A stretch of DNA of 64,000 bases from Eubacteriales bacterium (GCA_045652245.1 JAZRTY010000023.1:38588-102587); one strand, 5' to 3'; shown: positions 31,457-41,472, counted from the stretch's first letter. Made by a program: numbers and translations. The notes: generated by a model not told the origin, from the letters alone.

Positions 31457-32779
31457 TTATCTGAAAAGCTCCTTATACTTCTCATTTATAAGTAAAAATC
31501 TCTCGTCACTCGCGTACCTTGATATCAGTGCATTCAGGCTCTTCATGGTTCTTGAATGTACCTTTACACCCTTTTTATGATTATATAATGCCGTCTTTGC
31601 AAGAATATTGCAGAGCAACAGGTCAAATTGCAGATATGCCTGTTCTTTTTCTTTCACCGTATTTATAATATCAAGAAGCTGCGCTCTGGATTCCTTGCAA
31701 TCCTCGTGTACTCTCGTTTCCTCGCAATAATCTGCAACAAATATGATTTTATCAAGCAACGACATATTTTCATTTCCGAGTGTATGAGCATCGATTGCCG
31801 AAAAAACAGCCTCCGAAATGCCATAGCGCTCTCTTGCAAAATATGCACCTGTTTTTGCGTGGAGAGTTTCATATGCTTCTTTATCTTCCTGTGATACATC
31901 AAGACTGTACTTTTTGCAAAGCTCCGTCTGATTCATATTCTTTGTAATATCGTGAAGAAGTGCTGCAAGCACCACATCATTCTCTGAAATATTCTCTCCG
32001 AATGACACAAAATAGCTGCAGATAAGCAGTGCCGTTCTCTCTACTGCCAGAATGTGCTGAAGCCTTTTTTCGCTTACAAAGCCGGGAAGCTCCGAGCGAA
32101 TTTTGGCTGAAAGCTCCCCTTTCGACTGCAGTCCTTCATTCTCACAATAAAGGTTATTTTCCATTATATACCTAATAACACTTTCGGTCAAGAGTTTTTT
32201 TGTTAAATCTTGAGCTTTTTCGCTGTTTTCGTAACACATTTCCGATATAATGGACCTTATTTGCGTTGAAGACACCACAAACGGCTCAAAATCCATAATT
32301 ATACTTTCTGTTCCGTACAACTTTTTGTATTTTTCCGAAATTTCAAAGAGCTTTTCTTTCTCGTTTGCCTGTCTGGCACACGTTACGGGTGAACACATTT
32401 TTAAAATTTCACTTCCCTTGTACCATCTGTCAAGGGTATAGTACATATCGCTTCCGACATACATAAAAATCTCAGAGTCCGGATAAATTTGCGAAATCTC
32501 CTGTAATGTATCATAGGTATAACTTTTTCCCGTTCTTTTCAGTTCGATGTCCGAGACCTCGATATTACGATTTCCGGTAATTCCCCTGTCGCTGTAAACA
32601 AGCTTTACCATTTCAAGCCTTGCAGCGGCATTCACGCCTGCGTCCTGCTTGTGCGGTGGTACTCTGTCCGGGATTATAAGAAGCTTATCAAGGTTTGCCC
32701 TATCGTAAAATTCGATTGAAGCATTTATGTGCCCTTTGTGTATCGGATTAAAGGTTCCACCAAATATTCCAAGCCTCAT
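31457..32779 (-). CDS. nadD: Fused nicotinate-nucleotide adenylyltransferase NadD / HD-domain YqeK
   Basis: Start taken at ATG 32779 (MRLGIFGGTFNPIHKGH, NadD); the C-terminal half has HD-domain features (HILAVERTA..LLHDITK) like YqeK. One uninterrupted ORF. Confidence 0.85.
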   Translation of the reverse strand: MRLGIFGGTFNPIHKGHINASIEFYDRANLDKLLIIPDRVPPHKQDAGVNAAARLEMVKLVYSDRGITGNRNIEVSDIELKRTGKSYTYDTLQEISQIYPDSEIFMYVGSDMYYTLDRWYKGSEILKMCSPVTCARQANEKEKLFEISEKYKKLYGTESIIMDFEPFVVSSTQIRSIISEMCYENSEKAQDLTKKLLTESVIRYIMENNLYCENEGLQSKGELSAKIRSELPGFVSEKRLQHILAVERTALLICSYFVSFGENISENDVVLAALLHDITKNMNQTELCKKYSLDVSQEDKEAYETLHAKTGAYFARERYGISEAVFSAIDAHTLGNENMSLLDKIIFVADYCEETRVHEDCKESRAQLLDIINTVKEKEQAYLQFDLLLCNILAKTALYNHKKGVKVHSRTMKSLNALISRYASDERFLLINEKYKELFR

Positions 32780-32818
32780 TTTGCCATACCCTTTCTTTGA
32801 AATTATCTGCAATTCCGA

Positions 32819-33130
32819 TTATTTCGGAAGAATAATTTTTCTGTTTTCCTTTTCCTTTGCCTGACGGTAGAGTACTATTTTTCTGCCTATTACCTGTACT
32901 GACTGGGAATTTGTACCTCTTGTAAGCTCCTGCGCTGCCTCTTTTGGCTTTACTTCGGAATTTTCAAGTATGCAAAGCTTTATAAGCTCTCTCTTTTCAA
33001 GTGCCTCGTCTACCTGAATGTAGAAATTCGGGTTGATTCCACCCTTGCCTATCTGAAATATTGTATCAATTGTATTTGCAAGACTGCGTAGGTATGCTCT
33101 TTCTTTTGATGTTAAATTCTGTGCTGACAT
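32819..33130 (-). CDS. yhbY: CRM-domain RNA-binding protein YhbY
   Basis: 103 aa; LTSKERAYLRSLAN...FQIGKGGI... Confidence 0.85.
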   Translation of the reverse strand: MSAQNLTSKERAYLRSLANTIDTIFQIGKGGINPNFYIQVDEALEKRELIKLCILENSEVKPKEAAQELTRGTNSQSVQVIGRKIVLYRQAKEKENRKIILPK

Positions 33131-33154
33131 TTTTATCTCCTAATATTTATTAGT

Positions 33155-33772
33155 TTATTTGTTTTTGTTTTTAAAATAGTTGTCCAGCTTTTCCTTTAAA
33201 GCTTTAACTGCGCATGCTCTGTGGCTGACTGCGTTTTTCTCCTGTGCAGAAGTTTCACCAAACGTCTTACCAAAGGGCTCATAGAAGAACACGGGGTCAT
33301 AGCCAAAGCCACCCTCTCCTCGAATTTCCCTTGTTATTATCCCCTCAACCTTACCGGTTGCCGAAACTTCAGTACCGTCTTCGTCAACAAAACAAAGCGC
33401 ACTTACAAATCTTGCAGTTCTTTCCTTTTCGGAAATGTTCTCAAGATTTTTGAGTAATTTTTTTGTGTTTTTAAGGTCGTCGCTGTTCTGACCGTCAAGG
33501 CTTGCGTATCTTGCAGAGTAAATCCCGGGTTCGCCCCCGAGTGCATCAACGCACAGTCCCGAATCGTCGGCAACTGTAGCATACCCTGTTGCAGTATGTA
33601 CTGCCATTGCCTTTATTCTTGCATTTTCCTCAAAAGTCTTGCCGTCTTCTTCAATTTCATCTGTAAAGTTTATTTCCTTTAATGTCAGAAGCTCGACATT
33701 TTCAAGGCTTTCAAACAAAGCCTTAAGCTCCTGTACCTTATGCTTGTTATTTGTTGCTGCTACTATTTTCAT
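33155..33772 (-). CDS. rdgB: dITP/XTP pyrophosphatase (RdgB/Ham1)
   Basis: Start moved to ATG 33772 (AAGGAG RBS; MKIVAATNNKHK); ..FGYDPVF.., ..SHRA... Confidence 0.9.
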   Translation of the reverse strand: MKIVAATNNKHKVQELKALFESLENVELLTLKEINFTDEIEEDGKTFEENARIKAMAVHTATGYATVADDSGLCVDALGGEPGIYSARYASLDGQNSDDLKNTKKLLKNLENISEKERTARFVSALCFVDEDGTEVSATGKVEGIITREIRGEGGFGYDPVFFYEPFGKTFGETSAQEKNAVSHRACAVKALKEKLDNYFKNKNK

Positions 33773-33797
33773 TTTGTCTCCTTTTATATAGACTCTT

Positions 33798-34706
33798 TTA
33801 TTCTTCAAAAAGTGCCTTTACGAAGTCCTGTGCATTGAAAACCTGCAGGTCATCAATTTTTTCACCGACACCGATGAACTTCACGGGTATTCCAAGCACC
33901 TTCTTTATTGAAAAGGCAATTCCACCTTTGGCTGTTCCGTCAAGCTTTGTAAGGACTATTCCCGAAATATCGGCGCTGTTTTTAAATTCCTGAGCCTGAT
34001 TTACTGCATTCTGACCGGTTACAGCATCAAGAACGAGAAGCGTTTCACGGTCGGCCCCCGGAAGCTCACGACTAAGAACTCTGTCGATTTTCGAAAGCTC
34101 GTTCATAAGGTTTACCTTGTTATGAAGTCTGCCTGCAGTATCAACGATAAGGACATCTGCATTTCTCTCCTTTGCAGCCCTTGCCGCATCAAAGACTACC
34201 GCTGCAGGGTCACCGCCTTCGTTGTGACGTATAACGTCAACACCTGCTCTTTCTCCCCAGATACACAGCTGTTCAATCGCACCTGCTCTGAAGGTATCGG
34301 CAGCACACAGAAGTACTGATTTTCCCTCGTTTTTAAGACAGTTTGCAATTTTTGCAACACTTGTTGTCTTTCCGACACCGTTTACACCGATTACAAGAAT
34401 TACAGATGGCGTGGTATTCAGCACAAGCTCCTCACCCTGCCCTATCATCTGCACCAGAATTTCCATAAGAGCTTGCTTTGCCGCCTCCGGCTCTTCAATC
34501 CTTTTTTCCTTTATCCTATCACGTAGCTTTTCGATAATCTCCTGCGTCGCAGTATATCCGACATCTGCAGCAATCAGTATTTCTTCGAGCTCCTCAAGCA
34601 TCTCCTCATCGACCTTTACAAAGCTTTTGAAGATGTCGTTTATCTGTCCGAGAATTGATTGTTTTGTTTTGGAAAGTCCGTTTTTAAGTTTTTCAAAAAA
34701 TCCCAT
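33798..34706 (-). CDS. ftsY: Signal recognition particle receptor FtsY
   Basis: 302 aa; GVNGVGKTT, DTAGR, TKLDGTAKGG. Confidence 0.95.
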   Translation of the reverse strand: MGFFEKLKNGLSKTKQSILGQINDIFKSFVKVDEEMLEELEEILIAADVGYTATQEIIEKLRDRIKEKRIEEPEAAKQALMEILVQMIGQGEELVLNTTPSVILVIGVNGVGKTTSVAKIANCLKNEGKSVLLCAADTFRAGAIEQLCIWGERAGVDVIRHNEGGDPAAVVFDAARAAKERNADVLIVDTAGRLHNKVNLMNELSKIDRVLSRELPGADRETLLVLDAVTGQNAVNQAQEFKNSADISGIVLTKLDGTAKGGIAFSIKKVLGIPVKFIGVGEKIDDLQVFNAQDFVKALFEE

Positions 34707-34715
34707 AATTTTCTC

Positions 34716-35267
34716 CTACTTGTTATATTTTTCAATTCCGATAATATACGGAGCATCGGGGGCGTTCAGGAGTCTGAATCTGAAAACACAATATTCAAAT
34801 CTTGAAAGCTTTGAAAGTTCCTCGTCCAGAAGCTCACCCTCGCATTTTCCCTCGTCGTGTCCGGGATAGACATTTATTGTGATAAGCCCACCCTTTTTAA
34901 GTAACTTTATCGCACTCATTACGGCAGGAAGGGTACTTTCACGCAAGGTATGTATGCTCTTGTCACCACCGGGAAGCCAACCGAGATTGAACATACCTGC
35001 ATCTATTTCTTCTTTTATATAAGCTTCACAGTTTGCGTGACTGTCAAGGATAAGCTTATAGTTTGAATAGCCTTCCTTCTTCAGCCTTTCGTCGGTGTTA
35101 TGTACTGCCTGCTCCTGAACATCAAAGGCATATACAAAGCCATTCTTTACAAGTGAACAAAGCCATAACGTATCGTGTCCGTTCCCCATTGTAAAATCGG
35201 CAACAACAGAATTTTCACTTATATGCTCAGAAATAAAGGTCTTTGAAAAGTTCAGAAGCTCAAACAT
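34716..35267 (-). CDS. Small class I SAM-dependent methyltransferase (YtqB/MnmM-like)
   Basis: 183 aa; ..VADFTMGNGHDTLWL.. SAM-binding-like N-terminus; size and layout as in the YtqB family. Confidence 0.55.
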   Translation of the reverse strand: MFELLNFSKTFISEHISENSVVADFTMGNGHDTLWLCSLVKNGFVYAFDVQEQAVHNTDERLKKEGYSNYKLILDSHANCEAYIKEEIDAGMFNLGWLPGGDKSIHTLRESTLPAVMSAIKLLKKGGLITINVYPGHDEGKCEGELLDEELSKLSRFEYCVFRFRLLNAPDAPYIIGIEKYNK

Positions 35268-35418
35268 TTTATTTTCCTTTCCAGAAGTTACAATAAAAAC
35301 AAATTTACATAAATATTCATTATATTATAGCATACTTTTGTTAATAATAAAAGAACAAAACGGAATATTCTTGAATTTTTGCAAAATTTTTTATAATTTT
35401 TGATATTTTGAGGTATTT

Positions 35419-37050
35419 ATGGGACTGTATAAAAGAATTTCGGTTATCTATATATTACTGTTGGCAACTTTTTCCTTTTTGTTGCTTCGTCTTTTTCTTC
35501 TTACAGACAACAAGCAGGCAGAAAGTGTACTTTCAGGTCAGTATTCAAGAAGGATTGATATTTGCGAAAAATCGGGGTTTATTTATGATAAAAATATGCA
35601 GTGTCTGAATCACGAAAAAACAGGTTATATCTGTCTTATTTTCCCGTCTGCAGTCAAAAATGCAAGGGCGTGTGCTGCAAGCATCAGTAAAATATCCACC
35701 TGTAAAGAATCCGAAATAGTCGAGAAGCTGGCTGTACAAAAACCGTTTCTTATGGAGGTGTCAGAATACTACACCGAAGGTGGCATTTACTGTTTTGAAA
35801 AATACAAGGAAGCTACTGTTTGTGCAGAACATATTATTGGGTATAAAAATATAGATGGACTCGGAATGAGTGGTATTGAAAAACAGCTGTCTCCGTTTCT
35901 TTCCTCTTCCCTTTCGGGTAAAGTTTCTTTCAGATATTTTGCAAGTGCAAACGGACTTCCTCTTGAAAACAGTGGAAGTGCTCTTTCAGACATAGGATAC
36001 AGCGAAAAATCGGGGGTTGTTACAACTCTCGACAAGGACCTTCAGCTTTTTTGTGAAAAGGTGGCAGACGAGCACCTTAGTGCAGGTGCTGTTTGTATTT
36101 CCGAAATTTCAAGTGGTGCTATTTGTTCCTCTGTCAGCACACCCGGCTTTGATACAGGTAATATTGTCTCCTATCTTGACAGCGATAAGGGAGAGCTTAT
36201 AAACAGGTGTGCCGTAGGGTTTACTCCGGGTTCGATTTTTAAAACGGTTGTTGCCGGCACGGCTCTTGAGGAAAACCCCGAGCTTTACAACCTTGAATAC
36301 AGCTGTACAGGAAAATATATTACCGAAAGTGGCAAGGAAATTTCCTGTCACAACAAAAAAGGACACGGCAAAATAGCTATGAAGGAAGCCTATGCCGAGT
36401 CCTGTAACTGTTATTTTATAAATATTTCCGGAAAACTTGGTGCAGAAAAAATCCTCTCTACTGCGACAAAAATGGGGCTTGGAACAGAAAAGTCAATATT
36501 CGGTATCGGTTCTTACTCGGGTTTGGTTCCCGAGTGTATTGCCGACGATATTTTTCTTGCAAACCTTGCAATCGGTCAGGGTGAGCTTCTTATTTGTCCG
36601 TATGAGGCACTTAATATTTTTTCCTGTGCATCGACCGGTTATTACTGTGAGCCGTATGTTGTTTCTTCAATTTTCAAAGGAGAAAACACTATAAAGAATT
36701 ACAGCAGCAAGCCGATAAAGGTACTGAAGGAGGAAACTGTCACGTTGCTTCGTGAAATGATGAGCTATTGCGTAAGTGACGGACTCGGAAAAGAAGCAAC
36801 ACCCGAAAACCTGATTGCAGGTGGAAAAACTGCAACTGCACAAACAGGACAATATAAAAACGGAAAGGAAATTCTCAACAGCTGGTTTTGCGGAGTATAT
36901 CCGATACAGGCGCCGAAATATGCTATCTGTGTTCTGGCTGACGGAAACGGGGAAAATGGAAATCCTAAAGCTGTTTTCCGGAAGCTTTGCGACTATCTTT
37001 GGGAGTACCGGGAAAAATACGGAATAAATGCTATCGAAAACTTACAATAA
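35419..37050 (+). CDS. Class B penicillin-binding protein (transpeptidase; FtsI/SpoVD-like)
   Basis: 543 aa; N-terminal membrane anchor; SxxK (GSIFK), SxN (SCN), KT(A) triad region GGKTATAQ. Confidence 0.8.
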   Translation: MGLYKRISVIYILLLATFSFLLLRLFLLTDNKQAESVLSGQYSRRIDICEKSGFIYDKNMQCLNHEKTGYICLIFPSAVKNARACAASISKISTCKESEIVEKLAVQKPFLMEVSEYYTEGGIYCFEKYKEATVCAEHIIGYKNIDGLGMSGIEKQLSPFLSSSLSGKVSFRYFASANGLPLENSGSALSDIGYSEKSGVVTTLDKDLQLFCEKVADEHLSAGAVCISEISSGAICSSVSTPGFDTGNIVSYLDSDKGELINRCAVGFTPGSIFKTVVAGTALEENPELYNLEYSCTGKYITESGKEISCHNKKGHGKIAMKEAYAESCNCYFINISGKLGAEKILSTATKMGLGTEKSIFGIGSYSGLVPECIADDIFLANLAIGQGELLICPYEALNIFSCASTGYYCEPYVVSSIFKGENTIKNYSSKPIKVLKEETVTLLREMMSYCVSDGLGKEATPENLIAGGKTATAQTGQYKNGKEILNSWFCGVYPIQAPKYAICVLADGNGENGNPKAVFRKLCDYLWEYREKYGINAIENLQ

Positions 37051-37052
37051 TA

Positions 37053-38150
37053 TCACCCCTCAAGAGATGTTTTCCTTTTTAAAAAGATATTCTTTGCCAC
37101 AATGAAAGCAATGGGAAACAGAAAAAGTCCTATTACCCCAAACAGGCGTATTCCGACATACATTGAAAAAAGAGCAAGTAAGGGGTGAAGTCCGAGAAAA
37201 CCCCCGACTATTTTCGGCTCAATGCTTTGCCGTATAACTGTCATTAATATATACAGTACAACCAATCCGATTGCCTTTTTGTAGCTATCAAAGATAAAAA
37301 GTACAAATGCCCACGGCAGAAGTATTGCTCCTATTCCGAATATCGGCAGAATATCGACAGCTGCAGTAAGGGTAGAAATGAGAAAGGAATATTTCACTCC
37401 GATAATATTAAGTCCCACATAAAGCTCACAAAAGGTAAGCGCAAACAGTATCGAATAAGCCCTGAAATATCCGGATATAACATCAAAAAGCTCGTTTTTT
37501 ACCGTAAAAAGTATCTTTCGTGTTTTTTTGGGGAATATTCCGGCAACACTTCTGTTTATATTTTCAAGGTCACAGCTGAAATACACACTTGCAACAACCG
37601 TCACAAGCAAAACAACCATAGAATACGGCACCGTTTTTATAAGAGTACCGATAAAATTTCCGATTACAGGAACAAGTGATAAAAAAATTTCCGAGAGCCT
37701 TGCTGCAAAATTTTCTTCAAAGCTGACCCTGCCGGTTTTGTCGATAAGCCTTTCCCCGATATAAGGTATTTTCCTCATTGTTATTTCTGCTTTTTCCCCT
37801 ATCTCCTGTACAGCCCCCAGTATATTATCAATTACGCCCTTATCCGAGGAAAGCTTTGCATAAATATCCGAAATCTGATGAATGAGCATAGAAAAAAAGA
37901 GGTAAACAAGATACCCCACAACAAAAATTGCAACAGTCGTACAAACAACACTCGCACTTTTCCGGCTTAACCTTGTTTTATCCGACAGAAATTTTGAAGG
38001 CTTTTTAAGTCCCGTTACAAAAAGCCATGCCACGAGGAAGGGAAAAACAGCAGAAAACAAATATTTAAAAGCAACGATAAGCAGTAATAATCCAAGTACT
38101 ATACAGAGTAAAATACAGGCTATTTTTATAAAAATATTTTCCTTTGACAT
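37053..38150 (-). CDS. AI-2E family transporter / YtvI-like sporulation membrane protein
   Basis: About 365 aa polytopic membrane protein; start preferred at ATG 38150 (GGTGA upstream) over the track start at 38174. Confidence 0.65.
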   Translation of the reverse strand: MSKENIFIKIACILLCIVLGLLLLIVAFKYLFSAVFPFLVAWLFVTGLKKPSKFLSDKTRLSRKSASVVCTTVAIFVVGYLVYLFFSMLIHQISDIYAKLSSDKGVIDNILGAVQEIGEKAEITMRKIPYIGERLIDKTGRVSFEENFAARLSEIFLSLVPVIGNFIGTLIKTVPYSMVVLLVTVVASVYFSCDLENINRSVAGIFPKKTRKILFTVKNELFDVISGYFRAYSILFALTFCELYVGLNIIGVKYSFLISTLTAAVDILPIFGIGAILLPWAFVLFIFDSYKKAIGLVVLYILMTVIRQSIEPKIVGGFLGLHPLLALFSMYVGIRLFGVIGLFLFPIAFIVAKNIFLKRKTSLEG

Positions 38151-38367
38151 TCTTTTCACCGTAATCTTAAACATTATATTTATAAGAGTATTATATTCCG
38201 CTTCTTTTTATTTATTACCCTACCCGTATTTTAGCGTCAGGTACATTTTTCTCGTATTTCCTGAAAACGTATATTTTACTTTTTTAGTGTAAATTGCATA
38301 AAAATACTGCTTTTTATCTTGAAAGGTTATTATTTTTTCAAAAAATGACAAAAATTTCAAAAAAGGT

Positions 38368-38396
38368 ATTGCTTTTTTCGAAAAAGTATGTTATTA
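38368..38396 (+). promoter_or_regulatory. Sigma-A promoter with extended -10 driving the glycine riboswitch
   Basis: TTGCTT -17 nt- TGtTATTAT. Confidence 0.55.
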
Positions 38397-38403
38397 TATT
38401 TCT

Positions 38404-38629
38404 CGTGATACTAATCATACCGTTGAAATTTTCGGAATTGAACTGAACAAAACCGAAAATTGAGGAACTCTGGAGAATCCCAAATTGCCAATTTGGGTGC
38501 CGAAGGTGCAAGGCGAATTTCGCCGAATCTCTCAGGCAAAAGGACAGAGCAGACAAACACACATTTTGTGTCTGCATATGTATTTTTCCGGAGCTATTGA
38601 TTTTTATCAATAGTTTTATTTTTTTATTT
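38404..38629 (+). promoter_or_regulatory. Glycine riboswitch (single aptamer) with terminator-type expression platform
   Basis: Aptamer 38468-38549: CTCTGGAGA...TGCCGAAGGTGCAA...CTCAGGCAAAAGGACAGAG with P1 CTCTG/CAGAG. Upstream 9-bp hairpin AATTTTCGG/CCGAAAATT (38427-38461). Downstream hairpin CTATTGAT-tttt-ATCAATAG plus a long T-run (38594-38629) just before the RBS. Confidence 0.85.
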
Positions 38630-38646
38630 ACAGGAGGTTTTGCAAA

Positions 38647-40071
38647 ATGCAGGACGCAATTCTTAATGTCGTTGCAAAGATCAACGGCTATCTTTCGGAC
38701 TATATTCTTATAGTTCTTCTCGTAGGTATAGGTCTATTCTATTCTTTCAAAACAAGATTCGTACAGGTTCGCTGCTTTGGCGAGGGTATGAAAAAGGTTT
38801 TCGGCAATGTCAAGCTTTTCGGTGCAAAGAACACAGGTGGCGGTCTCTCCTCCTTCCAGGCACTTGCTACTGCAATCGCCGCCCAGGTAGGTACAGGTAA
38901 TATCGTTGGGGCTTCAGGTGCTATCCTTGTCGGTGGTCCCGGCGCTATCTTCTGGATGTGGGTTATCGCTTTCCTCGGTATGGCAACAATTTACGCAGAA
39001 GCGGTACTCGCTCAGGAAACCAAAGTGAAGGATGCTGACGGAAATATCCACGGTGGTCCCGTTTACTACATAAAAAAGGCATTCCCCAATGGCTTCGGTA
39101 AGTTCCTTGCAGGCTTCTTCTCTATCGCTGCAATTCTTGCTCTCGGCTTTATGGGTTCTATGGTTCAGTCAAACTCTATTGCTGAATCCTGCAACACAGC
39201 ATTCGGTATCCCCGGCTATGTAGTAGGTATTATACTTGCAGTTATTTCCGCTATTATCTTTATCGGTGGTATTCAGAGAATCGCATCTGTTACAGAAAAG
39301 ATGGTACCCTTTATGGCTTCCCTCTTCCTTCTCGGTGGTCTTATAGTTCTTATTCTTAACATCAAGTACATTCCCGCAACTATCGGAATGATTTTCAAAT
39401 ACGCCTTCACACCTGATGCTCTTATCGGTGGTGGTATCGGTTATGCTCTTAAAACTGCTATCTCGCAGGGTGCTAAGCGTGGTCTTTTCTCAAACGAAGC
39501 AGGTATGGGTTCTACACCTCACGCACACGCACAGGCAAACGTTGAAAAGCCTCACGACCAGGGTGTTGCCGCTATGATCGGTGTATTTATAGATACTTTC
39601 GTAGTTCTTACAATGACAGCTCTTGTTGTTATCACAATGCTTTATGCAAAAGACGGTGCAATTCTTAACGGTCTTGCAGGTGAAGCATACAGTGCCGCAA
39701 CTTCAGGTGCAGCTGCTATCGTATCCAAGACAAGTGCTATGCAGACAGCCGTTGGTTCTGCCTTCGGTACAAACTTCGGTAACATATTCGTAGCTATCTG
39801 TCTGCTCTTCTTTGCTTACTCAACAATTATCGGCTGGAACTTCTTCGGCAAGATTAACGTTCAGTATATGTTCAAGAACAGCAAGGTTGCAACAATCATC
39901 TATTCTGTAATCGCAATTCTCTTCATTTTCCTCGGAACACTTGCTTCAAACGACCTTGTTTGGGAGCTTACAGACTTCTTTAACTACCTTATGGTTCTTC
40001 CCAACGTTATTGCTCTTGCATTCCTTTCAAAGCTTGTAGTAAAAGCTGCAAAGTCCAACAAAAACAAATAA
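38647..40071 (+). CDS. Sodium:alanine/glycine symporter (AGCS family)
   Basis: 474 aa polytopic; ..FQALATAIAAQVGTGNIVG.., ..GLFSNEAGMGS.. typical AGCS motifs. Confidence 0.9.
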   Translation: MQDAILNVVAKINGYLSDYILIVLLVGIGLFYSFKTRFVQVRCFGEGMKKVFGNVKLFGAKNTGGGLSSFQALATAIAAQVGTGNIVGASGAILVGGPGAIFWMWVIAFLGMATIYAEAVLAQETKVKDADGNIHGGPVYYIKKAFPNGFGKFLAGFFSIAAILALGFMGSMVQSNSIAESCNTAFGIPGYVVGIILAVISAIIFIGGIQRIASVTEKMVPFMASLFLLGGLIVLILNIKYIPATIGMIFKYAFTPDALIGGGIGYALKTAISQGAKRGLFSNEAGMGSTPHAHAQANVEKPHDQGVAAMIGVFIDTFVVLTMTALVVITMLYAKDGAILNGLAGEAYSAATSGAAAIVSKTSAMQTAVGSAFGTNFGNIFVAICLLFFAYSTIIGWNFFGKINVQYMFKNSKVATIIYSVIAILFIFLGTLASNDLVWELTDFFNYLMVLPNVIALAFLSKLVVKAAKSNKNK

Positions 40072-40092
40072 TAAATAACAGATAAAAAATTC

Positions 40093-40126
40093 CAAGCGAT
40101 TTGGAGTAATTTCTCCAAATCGCTTG
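40093..40126 (+). terminator. Stem-loop after the symporter gene
   Basis: CAAGCGATTTGGAG-6 nt-CTCCAAATCGCTTG, perfect 14-bp stem; no clean T-run on the plus strand; overlaps the hom -35. Confidence 0.5.
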
Positions 40127-40152
40127 AAATATACACATTTTTGTGTTATAAT
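40124..40152 (+). promoter_or_regulatory. Sigma-A promoter of hom (extended -10)
   Basis: TTGAAA -17 nt- TGtTATAAT. Confidence 0.6.
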
Positions 40153-40205
40153 GAGTAGTATATTATAGTGCCGCAGGAAATGCGGTGTACGGAATGGAGA
40201 TTAAA

Positions 40206-41393
40206 ATGATAAATATTGCAATACTCGGTTTTGGTGTTGTCGGAAGTGGTGTGGCAGAGGTAATCTCAAAAAACGCCGATTCACTTTCCGAACGACTTTT
40301 CGGTGAAAAGCTTAACATAAAGCATATTCTCGACCTTCGCTCCTTCCCTGACCATCCACTCGGGGACAGGGTGACAAATGATTTCGATAAAATTCTCAAT
40401 GATGAAGAGGTACTTATAGTTGTTGAAACAATGGGTGGCTCTCATCCGGCGTACGATTTTTCAAAAAAAGCACTTATGGCAGGTAAAAGCGTTGTGACCT
40501 CAAACAAGGAGGTTGTCGCTAATTTCGGAGCAGAGCTTTTATCTATTGCAAGAGAAAACGGTGTAAGCTATCTGTTTGAGGCAAGTGTCGGTGGCGGTAT
40601 TCCGATAATCCGTCCTATGTGGCAGTGTCTTGCTGCAAATAAGATTGTATCGGTTGACGGAATACTTAACGGTACTACAAACTACATTCTCACAAAGATG
40701 TTCTCTGAAGGTGAAAGCTTTGAAACGGCGCTTTCAAATGCTCAGGCTCTCGGCTATGCCGAAAAGAATCCGGCAGCCGATGTTGAAGGACTTGATACCT
40801 GCAGAAAAATATCAATTCTTGCGTCGCTTTCCTACGGAAGTGCAATAAATCCTGCAAAGGTGCATTGTGAGGGAATTACGAAAATCACCTCGCAGGATGT
40901 TAGTGCTGCCGAAGAGTTTGGCTATACAATAAAACTTCTCGGAAGATGCCGTGACATAGACGGAAAAATCTACTGTATTACAGCTCCCTTCCTTGTGCCA
41001 AAATCACATTCTGTTTCTTCTATTTCCGATGTTTATAACGGTATATCTGTTACAGGTAATGTTGTAGGTGACGTTTTGTTCTGCGGACGCGGCGCAGGAG
41101 CGCTTCCAACTGCAAGTGCTGTTATGGCAGATGTGCTTGACGTCATCCGTGATTGTCGCAAGACAATCGGTTGGGGACCTGAAAAAGAAGACATCTATTA
41201 TGATTACGAAATGGCTTCTATTCGTCTTATGGTTTGTACAAAACAAGAAAACATTTCATCAGTTTTCCCGTCTGCAAAGACTATAAAGGTGGAAGACAAA
41301 TTCTACTTTATCACAGAAAATGCTACCGAAAAGGAACTCAAAGCAAAGCTCTCGGCTCTACCCGACGCTTCCTTTATCCGTGTAATGGACTGA
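40206..41393 (+). CDS. hom: Homoserine dehydrogenase
   Basis: Start moved to ATG 40206 (GGAG RBS; MINIAILGFGVVGSG NAD-binding fold); ..GILNGTTNYIL..; C-terminal ACT-like region. Confidence 0.92.
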   Translation: MINIAILGFGVVGSGVAEVISKNADSLSERLFGEKLNIKHILDLRSFPDHPLGDRVTNDFDKILNDEEVLIVVETMGGSHPAYDFSKKALMAGKSVVTSNKEVVANFGAELLSIARENGVSYLFEASVGGGIPIIRPMWQCLAANKIVSVDGILNGTTNYILTKMFSEGESFETALSNAQALGYAEKNPAADVEGLDTCRKISILASLSYGSAINPAKVHCEGITKITSQDVSAAEEFGYTIKLLGRCRDIDGKIYCITAPFLVPKSHSVSSISDVYNGISVTGNVVGDVLFCGRGAGALPTASAVMADVLDVIRDCRKTIGWGPEKEDIYYDYEMASIRLMVCTKQENISSVFPSAKTIKVEDKFYFITENATEKELKAKLSALPDASFIRVMD

Positions 41394-41422
41394 TTCCAAA
41401 GTAAAATAAATATACTATCTCC

Positions 41423-41472
41423 AAAAAACAAAGGGCTGTAAAAATTCATTTTTACAGCCCTTTGTTATTTTT
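41423..41472. terminator. Bidirectional terminator between hom and the XRE gene
   Basis: ACAAAGGGCTGTAAAAAT / ATTTTTACAGCCCTTTGT long perfect stem flanked by A6 and T6 runs. Confidence 0.85.
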
